A stretch of 57,168 bases of DNA from Girardia tigrina (lineage: Eukaryota): NCBI GenBank assembly GCA_001938485.1, contig MQRK01246564.1:3603-60770 (forward strand). Direction: 5' to 3'. A program made the translations under genes and the position numbers. The notes under the pieces were generated by a model that searched no databases, had not been told where the DNA came from, and worked only from the letters and a program-made list of their open reading frames with translations. Numbering within the stretch: the stretch's first letter is position 1; each line of letters begins with the position of its first letter. Positions 36,201-47,172 of the stretch are shown piece by piece.

Positions 36201-39200
36201 AACTTTTTTTAAAATTAATTAAACATCTTTTTAATTGCGATCAATAAAATTACTTATATATTTTTTAATATTTAACCCTTAAATGCATGATTTTTTCCTT
36301 TTTAAATACAATAAATGTATTTGAAAGTGTTGCGCCAAGCTGTCAAATTTTGACAGTTTAAAAAGTGAACTGTCATATCATGAAAGTTTGCGTTCAAAAA
36401 CTAAGATAGATATTTTTAGCACCTACTAAAAGTACAAAAACTGTGTGTGAATTACCGTTTAGAAATTATATAAGGAAGGAAACACTGATGTACATATACA
36501 TCATCATGCATTAAAGGGTTAAGTGTTAAATTTAGATAAAGATAGATTTAGATTTAAATAATTTGAATTATTATGAATCTATTTGAAAGATATTTATGAA
36601 TGAAAGATATATTACGGATTGTTCAAAGGATGATCCTAATTATATTTCTAATAAAAGTAATAACTGAAGTGTGAGTTCCATTAATATGGCGACTCCACAC
36701 CAAGCGACTCCGAATATCAAAGGTCCAGTGACATTTGATGAATAAGAGACTAAATTAGATGAATTCATGAGACTTTTCAACAGGTATATATACACTATTT
36801 TCTGGATATAATACAAAATCGGATATAGTAAAATTATTTCGTGGCAGCAGCATTTGAGTGCAGAAATGTTTGTACTTTTAATCGGTTAATATAAATCGGT
36901 TATAATAAAAAATTGGTTATTAAAAAATATTTTTCGATCCACTGAAGCAAAAATAAACATAATTGCAATCGGCTATAATAAAATTTGCTGTGTGCATGTC
37001 GCTTGTTATGCTTTTAATTATGTTAAAATTTTAAAAACAATCTAAGTGTAAGAAAGCAAAATGCAAGGCGGTTACAATAATATTTATTTCGAATACAAAA
37101 AACTACCGTGACGAATCACTCTTTAAGTGCTACATAAAATCCGCCTCTATCTGAGCATTTCTCCTCTGCAGATGATTTCAGAAATTTAGACAATTAGCGA
37201 TTTTCTGTCACCACCAAGACATTCAATGGTAAAATGCAAACTACACTTTATAGTTTTGTAACACACCACTGATTTACACTTTTTACTCAATTTTGTGTCA
37301 CATCTAAGTGTTGTCCTCTAATGTTTACAAATAAAATGTACGATATGCCACTTAGTGTTTTGGTTTGATTAAAAGGCGATTATTGAAATAGGGACAGCTA
37401 GTCGATAGAGTTGTGTGTTTAAATGTTATTTTAGAGAGTAGCTCTTAACTACGTACTGCATTGTACGTTCCACCTTTATGAAATCGGTTATCATAAAATC
37501 CGGTTATAATAATTTTTTTCTGGCAAAAGGCGCTTTATTATATCCGGAAGTTACTGTATATATAATATATATACAGTAACTTCCAGATATAATAAAGCGC
37601 TTTTGCCAGAAAAAATTATTATAACCGGATTTTATAATAACCGATTTCGTAAAGGTGGAACGTCCTCTAAAGGTGGAAAAAGTCATCTAGAGATAAGAAA
37701 AAATAAAAAATACTTTAATTATTAAATTAATTAAATAATTAAAGTATTTTTTATTTTTTCTTATCTCTAGAGGACTTTTTCAAATAATTATTCCTTAAAA
37801 CATTAAATACATGTCACTTTAACATCAATATAAATATTTGATTTTTGTGGTAATTTGATTAATATGTGGTTAACGAAGAGTAGAAATATTTATATGTTTG
37901 ACGAATTTTAGAATTAAAACTTTCCACTCTATAATTTGCTAAGATTATCCTTCTTTCTTTTTATTTCCACGCTATTGCATAGAACTCATGTATCCCCTCC
38001 TGCTTTGATTTGACAAAAAATGTCTTTTTTTAAATATGAAAGAAGAGAAATAGCGAAATTCAGTGAATTTTCAAAACTTAGTCTCTTAGCCATTTCATTA
38101 ATGGTAAATCCATGATTATAATTCACTAAAAAGGTTTATATTTTTACTAAGTTATTTAATAAAATGATATTTTTTTTAAAAAAAATTCTAGGTTAAAGTG
38201 ATTAATTTCTAAAAGTTATTTTATTAAAATACCTTTTAGAAATAAAACTATCATGTTTTACAATATAAAGGAGCGATTTTTTCATGTTGACCGCTCTTTC
38301 TATGAAAACGAAGATACGTTCAGAGAAAGGTATTGATTGAAATAAATACGTTCTAATGAACAATTATATTTTGATTTTGTTTTGATTTTGCCGTGGGTGC
38401 ACTCAATTATGCACAAGCATATGGCTTGGGTTTGCATATTTTTTGAGTGTCTCAGTAGGCAAGAAACCTGGTGGCACCTATCTCCTCTCCAGGTATAGAT
38501 GGTCATTCGCTCCAAGGAGTTCATCCGCCCTTTGCTAGGTTTTGTTTTTCATCCTGCTAGTTGTCCACACACCTCTTCACCCAGGTTGCTCTGCGTGAGG
38601 GAGCCAGTTTAGTCGCCAACTATTCGACCATGGGACAGGTATTATAGGTTTACATGATACCTGTAGCAGACAGATTGCCTGACCTGACCTGACTTTTTTT
38701 CCAATATCGAATTTTCCAGATCGTACGAGCCGCCAATAAATACAATATCATTGCATTTTTAGTAAACACGATTTAGTTTACTTTTTATCCATAATCGATT
38801 TTTTTGATCAGAACTAATAATGATCCTTTCGCAGGTCCACTTACCGAAACTTTGTTACGACTTTAACTGCTTCTAAATGATCAAGTTTGAGTGTCTTTTC
38901 CCGGACATAGAAATGCTGCCATTTCTTAGACTTGAATCCAACAATCTCACCAAACCATTCAATCAAACTTAGCATATTATTAAAATAAATAGCAAAAAAT
39001 ACTGTTGGGTATTTAGTTCGAATTGAATCTGAACACAAAGATCAGAAGGATTTTTATTGGGTGTTCGACGCTCAATTAACTGACCCAACGTTTATTCACG
39101 ATGAACTCTTGACTCCAGTAANNNNNNNNNNNNNNNNNNNNNNNNNNNNNNNNNNNNNNNNNNNNNNNNNNNNNNNNAAAGGTTTATACAACTTGAGTAA

Positions 39201-42200
39201 TCGGAGGCGAGAATTTTAAACGCTATACAGCATAAGATTATTCTAGAATTCCTATACAGGAAATAATTCGTGCTTGGATTTTTCCTAAATTTTTCCGCTT
39301 TATTTCTTTTCCTGATAAATAAAAATATCGCTCTATTTATACTAGAGCTACATATATAAAATATAACATATTATAATTAAAAAAAAATATATATATAAAT
39401 ATGTTACATTAATTATAAATAAAAAATATATTATTTTCAAAAAAAAAATTTATTTTTTTAATCGGGCAACAGCCCATTAATCTTTTCCTCCAACTGACGC
39501 TAATGGGAGACCAATGCCCATTAACGTCAGATTAAATCGACATCGGGGGATTAATTTCCCCAAAAAAATACGATCGAGCAAAAGCCCATTAATTATGTCA
39601 ACAGCTGACGCTAATGGGAGTCCAATGCCCATTTGCGTCAGATTAAATCAGGTAATGTCTATTCCTCCTATTGGAGGATAGACACATAGGCCAATTNNNN
39701 NNNNNNNNNNNNNNNNNNNNNNNNNNNNNNNNNNNNNNNNNNNNNNNNNNNNNNNNNNNNNNNNNNNNNNNNNNNNNNNNNNNNNNNNNNNNNNNNNNNN
39801 NNNNNNNNNNNNNNNNNNNNNNNNNNNNNNNNNNNNNNNNNNNNNNNNNNNNNNNNNNNNNNNNNNNNNNNNNNNNNNNNNNNNNNNNNNNNNNNTACAT
39901 AAATATTAGAATTTTAGGATCAGCATTTGGATGAATTCGCAATTTTATGATGGAATTAATTTACTCGACCAAAAGTAAATAAAAAATTTTCTTTTATATT
40001 AAATATTTTTTTTTAAAAAAAAACTCATTAAAATCATTCCCCAACTAAATAACAAATATTCCCTTCACTAAATAACAAATAGTTACGTCATCAATGACGA
40101 AAGGTTGTTCGAAATGAGATTAATCGATTAGGTTACATTCACCATTTCGGAATTAGTTAAACTAATTTGTCAACGTCCTAAAAGCACGAAAACTTTTCAA
40201 ATGTTATTAGTCGCAGTCATAACACTCCCTCCTTACACACAAATTGATTCAAATTAAATTTGTTGACTCAATCTTTGGTTTAAAATATGAACACAACAGA
40301 AGAGACATCATCATTGTCCTGTGTTAACACTTATACCATATATATAGAAGCCTCCCCCAACTGAACGGATAACTGAGTATTATAGAGACTACAGTAAATT
40401 AAACATTGGCGTACAGGGTAACGAGTCATAGACTCGATATCGGGTAGAAACCATAAATAGACAATACAGAGTCTACTAACTTTCTCACATGGCTTTGGAT
40501 ACAAGAATGCGAGCTTCAGTGCACGTGCACGCTTCGGTTTCCTAGTCAGAAAGGATCAATCATGATCCCTCGAACCGTGATTTTGTAGAGCTTTGGCTGT
40601 GTAAGCACATTTCGTACAATTAGTAAAGGGACACCGAAATATCCTCTCACAACATTTGTATTACTTAACCGAAAGTCGAGAACCACCTTTGGAATCACTT
40701 CTGAGTCCGTCTCCGCAGTATCGACAAGGGTCACTGACACATCCTACATCGCGATTGGGTTCGAAGATTGTGTACATCCTTCATTTGAAAATAGTTTGTT
40801 CCTTCTTGTTTTTCTGTAGTAAGAATGTGATGGGGTTTCATTTTTTTCAGAGTGCCCCTCCGTTTAATTTTTAGCTATAAAAAGTCAACAAGTGGAATAC
40901 TGGTGTAAAATTATCGAAAATTAGATTCCAGTTAAAAATTTCGATTGGAGCAACTAATCAATTCACAACATCTGAAGATGAAATCGATAAACTGTGCGTT
41001 AATTAGTACTTGAAAATTTTGAAAATTAAACATTAATCTAAGAAAAGACTGGATTTGTTGAATAGTTGGTGGTCTTAGAAAAGCATGATAAGCAAACAAT
41101 TAGATTTGTCGTACATTTTACAACATCACTCTCGCTCGAAGGTTTAATTAAATAAACAAGTTAAATTAACAAAATAATCAAATAAAACTACGGATAAATC
41201 TTTGGTTCTCCCTGAGCAGCGAATCGCGTACGGAATACATCGAATGGTTGAGTGGAAATTGTCGCAACTGAGCCCGCAATACTGCCGAAAATAAAGGTTT
41301 TCATTGATTTTACTGTCGATGATTGTTGATAATGATCTGGAAAAAGAGAGGGCCACAAATAGACGCTACAGAACTCGTAACTCGTGAACTGTACAAGACT
41401 AAATGTCACAGCCTGAATTTGCGACGACAAATGACCCTTCCAAAACGCTTTTAAGCCCTCTTCCTTTAAAATACATCTCACTGCTTGAATGATTCCTTTG
41501 TATTTACCATCGGTGTTCTTTTGGATTGGTTCCACTTGTAACTACGAACCATTTTACTCTTTATAGTTTCCAATAAATCTATTTTTAAAATTCAGAAATT
41601 CAACCGCTAATTGTCCCCCATAGGTCAAAAAAATAAATTATAGTAATTATTTAAAATTAGTAGATAAAAATTATAAATTCATTTAGTGCTTTTGCAGGGT
41701 TATTAAAAAAGTATTAAAAATGTTAATTAATAAATGTTAATTGTTATTAAAAATGTATCTATTATTATTATAGATACATTTTTTAATTTGAATTTTACCG
41801 AATATTGTATTTTGAGTATTAAAAATTTTTATGGCTATTAATTTAAAAATTATTTGATCGAAAGTCTAAATATGTAAACTACAAACAATTCCATTCAAAG
41901 TTAGAACTATCGATTTAAAAAAATATCCATATGGTGACTCGGCACCGGTGGTAACGCATTAAAAACGCATTTAGAAACAGCTCCTCATAAAATTAACTAA
42001 TTAATATATTCGAAAATATCCTTCGTAAAGATATTGTTTTGACTGTCAATAACTCAGTGGGCCTTTCACTTTTAGCGGATGAAACTGGCGATATATCTGG
42101 AAACGAACAGCTATCGATAGGCATGTGATTTGTTGACACAATTGAAGGAAAATATGTAATAAGATAATAATTTATAGGATTTATTCTTTTAGAAAATATG

Positions 42201-45200
42201 AATGCTTTTACTATTGCCGATTCAATTTTAAGCCAATGCAAAATCTCTGGTTTCGATCTTCGGTCTTGACAGGGTTATGATGGATGTTCTTCCATGGCTG
42301 GAAAAGATAATGGGGTCTAAGCAATTAATAGAAAAAATCATAAAGCTGCCTTTATTCATTGCGCTTCTCACAGACTGAATTTAGTAGTCTATGATCTCGA
42401 TATAGTTCATGAGATTCGAAATACTTTAGCAACTATCATTTAATTTCGTGGAAGTTCTTTAAGAAGATTGTTAGTTCCAAACATACTTTTATTTTGTGAA
42501 ACTCGTTAGACTAGTAAATACAAGAATATTAGAATATTTTTTGAAAATTTTTAACATATTTTTAATCAATTGGAATATTTGACGACACCCAATAGCAATA
42601 ACAGACAGACAACTCATCAATTCTTTTGTTCGTTCAATTCATCAACATTTTTATTTTTTTTTAAAATAATTTCTTCATAATTGTCAGTGCTTGAACCTAT
42701 TACACAAATACTTCAAACAAATATTTATAATTTTGTTCAAGTACAAGATGCAAGTTCAACAGTATGCAATCTGCACAGGGCAGATACCGAGACGTATTTT
42801 AAAACTGATATTTTTAAGATGGTAACTACTCTAGCAAACCAATTAAATATTGAATTTGTTTTTCCACGCATGAACGCAACGAGACTGTCTCAAGGCCTCA
42901 GAAGATTGTCGACGCAAACGGCCGCAGATTCAACGCATGGACCCAAGAAATGGGGAATCCCGTGTTTTATGGCGTCTTGCAGCGGTTTCTTCAAGCCGGG
43001 GTAGTTCCGGTACAAGTGCCAGATGAGAAGGAAAAACGGATCGTAAATATCGATCTTATTATTGGCGCTGTTGTTATGGGAACCGATCGAAAGAGGCGAT
43101 AAAAGATTAAGAACGATTTCACAGAATCTCGGAATGACGATTTCTCGGCCGGAGAATTGTAAGATTTGGCGTGAGAAATCGGACACAAATCTATCGATTT
43201 GCGTCTCGTTTGCGGTGTTAATGAAATTCCAATTCATTTGAAACAGAAATGTTAATAAATTGATCATCGTTATAATTATATTTCGGCATTTCGGTGAGAA
43301 ATTCGTGAAGATTTGTGAATTTAGTAATTTGTACAGTTTTCATTTTAATTAAATTCATATTTGAAAAAATTCAACTGAAATCAATAAATTTATTTTGCTT
43401 AAATTTCGTATAAAAAGCATCAATTAATAAAACAAAACACAATATTAATATATTAAAAGTTTTCAATGATTAAAAATCAATTTTTAAATTTTAATTAAAT
43501 TAAAAATGTTTTAATGTAAGTCTAGATTTTTCCAGCTCAAAAATTTCAGGGATCTTCAATCCAGTTAAGACATTTTAAATAATTATAAAATCAAAAATTA
43601 AACTAAATATAACCTAGAAAAACTCTTAATTGGTTGCTGCTGATGATAAGATTTAGTGAACACTACATACCATATTTAGATTCAAGAATTAATTCTTTGA
43701 AATGCCGCTTTTCTGAAAGTAATTATTGCACAGTTCAATCTTTTTCCACTACATCGAATTCAAACTAGTAACCTCAATCGTCAAAATGATTGTTATAAAT
43801 AATACATAAAACATCAAAAATTTCGAAAATGAAGCAATGATGTGGTATGATATGTGGTCTACATCAGAAAACTTAGAATTATATGATTTGGACTTTCTGG
43901 ATTTGTTATCAAAAACTAGTTTGTTTCTAGCAATCCGCCACACAATTTTTATTTTCTTGACGTTACCTACAACCACGTGTACAGTATAGAGGTCCTTTAG
44001 TACATTTCGAAGAGTCAAAACTTGGCTGAGGACTACTATGTCTGATGACCGTTTATCTGGCCTTTGCATGTTAAGTGTACACACTGAAAAAATTAAGAAC
44101 AAGGCGAAATTCATGGATAGTGTAATAAACGAGTTTGTTACTGGCCGAAGAAGGCTTGAATTTTTAATCAAGCAAGATTCATGTAAATAAAATAAAAATT
44201 GAATTCAATGGTTCTTCTTAATTTTATTATATATATATATATATATATATCGAAAATATAATTTGATTAAAGCTTTTTTATATAATTATTGGACATGTTT
44301 CGATGTTTACATACATCATTATCAGCAATTTTCGGATATTTAGTATATGAATATAGAATTGTTTGAATAATACAATTTTAATAGATATATTTACATTACA
44401 AGGTAACCAAAAAATTAATTATTATTATTTATCAAAGTATAAGGGTAATAATGGCAAAAAGAATATTTTAATTAAAAATTCTAAGTATTAAAATAACCTT
44501 ACTTTGCCCATTCTGAATGTTAATGATGGGTTGTAGTGTCTTAGAACTCTACAAAATATAGTCTAATAAATAATCATTCACAACGTTTAATTTTGCATTT
44601 GATGGGGAATGTTAATTGATGGGTTGTAGTGTCAGAATGGGCAAAGTAAAGTTATTTCAATACTTAAAATTTTTAATTAAAATATTCTTTTTGCCATTAT
44701 TACCCAATAATACTTTGATAAATAATAATAATTAATTTTATGGTTACCTTTTAAAGTAAATATATCTATTAAAATTGTATTATTCAAACAATTCAATATT
44801 CATATACTAAATATTCGAAAATTGCTGATGATGACGTATGCAAACATCGAAACATGTCCAATAATTGTACAAAAAAAGCTTTAATCAAATTATATTTTCG
44901 AAATACTAAACTTGTAATATAACATTCTATAATATAACATTTGCCTCCCCTGCAAAAATTTCTCTCGGCACCCATGTCTATAGCTGTTAGTATTTTATCA
45001 ATGATTCTGCCTAATGTCTCAATAATAATTTATATATTTAGTTAGTGTTTGCGTATATATACCAAAATTGAATATAGAAATGAAAAAGTAGTAAAGTTAT
45101 TAAAAATGTCGAGTTTTAAAAAGTGTCTACTTACAATAAAAATATATTAATTAAAATCTGAAGTCAAAATAAAAATCTCATTTTAAAATGTCAATTTGAA

Positions 45201-46347
45201 ATGAAAACATTTCAATTTAAAATGAAAAAAATGCCATAAAGCCAATATTTATCTTTCATATTTAGTATAAATAAAATATTATATTTAACACCCAAAACAA
45301 TCTGAAATCTCATCGATGCAATTCGACTGAAATGTCTGATCAAATGGCAATCTGAGAGAATATTGTGTTCTCAACAGTTTATATTCTGACTATAAAATCA
45401 AGTATTTTTTGAACAACTTGGAAAGAACGAAGAAATTCAAAATCAAATGTATTTTGCCGATGTGTGATTGTCTTGCACTGACCAAATGTATTATTATACT
45501 GATTGTCACCAGTCTCAAACCTGGTACAGTTGAGAGAACACACTTTTCTCTCAGATTCACATTTGCCAGTCATTTCAGTCGAAATGCATCGATGAGATTT
45601 CAGATTGTTTTCGGTTTTGATGGGAAGGCTAAAGTTGAGTTGTTTGCATTGATTGTGAGAAGTTTCATCTCAAAGATTAGCCTTTGGTTGGCTATCAGTT
45701 ATCATTTTTATCATATTTCTCCGTAAACTTGTAAAGTACGGAACGATAGAAAAAAAATACCGTTTTCTCAAATAGCAATTAGTAGCTATGTGAGAATGGA
45801 ATTGATCATGTTTAGTGCATTTTGCTTAATTTTTAGGAAAAATTAAATAAATTTATTTAATCTAATGATTTATTGATGAAATGTTATTTATTTTAGGCAT
45901 GTTTCTATTTAGTATGCTAACTTACTGTATTTTGTGACCTGGTGATGGGATTATTATTATTTCGAAACGCGTTCTATTTTTATCATTTGTATATAATTTG
46001 TGTGATTGCCGAATTCATGAAACAAGCAAAAAAAATTGCACCATTCACAAATTAGGAAAATATTTGGCTTAATTTGTGAATTCGGCAACAGTTCGCTGAA
46101 AAGGTGTAATTACCAAATTCATAAATTTTTGACGAATTCACTATGAAAAATTTTAAATTTAACATGAAAATTTCTCAATTAAAAATGAAAGATTATGTAT
46201 TTAATATTAAAAAATATCAATGTAATTTGAAAAATTATGTATTTAATATGAAGAACTATGTATTTAAATATGAAAAAATATCAATAGATATTTTTTCATA
46301 TTAAATCGATATTTGTTCAAATTAAATACATAATTTTCATATATATA

Positions 46348-46400
<53 letters not shown>

Positions 46401-47137
46401 NNNNNNNNNNNNNNNNNNNNNNNNNNNNNNNNNNNNNNNNNNNNNNNNNNNNNNNNNNNNNNNNNNNNNNNNNNNNNNNNNNNNNNNNNNNNNNNNNNNN
46501 NNNNNNNNNNNNNNNNNNNNNNNNNNNNNNNNNNNNNNNNNNNNNNNNNNNNNNNNNNNNNNNNNNNNNNNNNNNNNNNNNNNNNNNNNNNNNNNNNNNN
46601 NNNNNNNNNNNNNNNNNNNNNNNNNNNNNNNNNNNNNNNNNNNNNNNNNNNNNNNNNNNNNNNNNNNNNNNNNNNNNNNNNNNNNNNNNNNNNNNNNNNN
46701 NNNNNNNNNNNNNNNNNNNNNNNNNNNNNNNNNNNNNNNNNNNNNNNNNNNNNNNNNNNNNNNNNNNNNNNNNNNNNNNNNNNNNNNNNNNNNNNNNNNN
46801 NNNNNNNNNNNNNNNNNNNNNNNNNNNNNNNNNNNNNNNNNNNNNNNNNNNNNNNNNNNNNNNNNNNNNNNNNNNNNNNNNNNNNNNNNNNNNNNNNNNN
46901 NNNNNNNNNNNNNNNNNNNNNNNNNNNNNNNNNNNNNNNNNNNNNNNNNNNNNNNNNNNNNNNNNNNNNNNNNNNNNNNNNNNNNNNNNNNNNNNNNNNN
47001 NNNNNNNNNNNNNNNNNNNNNNNNNNNNNNNNNNNNNNNNNNNNNNNNNNNNNNNNNNNNNNNNNNNNNNNNNNNNNNNNNNNNNNNNNNNNNNNNNNNN
47101 NNNNNNNNNNNNNNNNNNNNNNNNNNNNNNNNNNNNN

Positions 47138-47172
<35 letters not shown>

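Larger units (their letters stand above)
41940..44975 (+). mobile_element. hAT transposon (THAP12/ZMYM1-like transposase), degenerate, 5'-truncated, with an internal insertion
   Basis: LLADETGDISGNEQLSI, QGYDGCSSMAG, FIHCASHRLNLV, LTLPTTTCTV*RSFSTFRRVKTWLRTTMSDDRLSGL; right TIR ...CCCCTGCAAAAATTTCTCTCGGCACCCATG. Confidence 0.9.

Noticed and set aside
38500-38640. HDV-like ribozyme on the minus strand of the RTE-like fragment
   Set aside because: A CTCACGC loop-like motif is present, but I could not build P1, P2 and P3 consistently.
38841-39038. 65-aa ORF with an apparent GTAAGT splice donor
   Set aside because: The sequence is the mutated 3' end of 18S rRNA; the ORF and donor are incidental.
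39461-39696. CRISPR array
   Set aside because: Only two units are visible, the repeat of about 77 nt is too long, there are no cas genes and the context is eukaryotic; kept only as an unexplained hairpin array.
43749-44171. 140-aa minus-strand ORF (likewise 2456, 9779, 12608, 13644, 30427, 32944, 41993)
   Set aside because: Antisense shadows of transposase sequences on the other strand.
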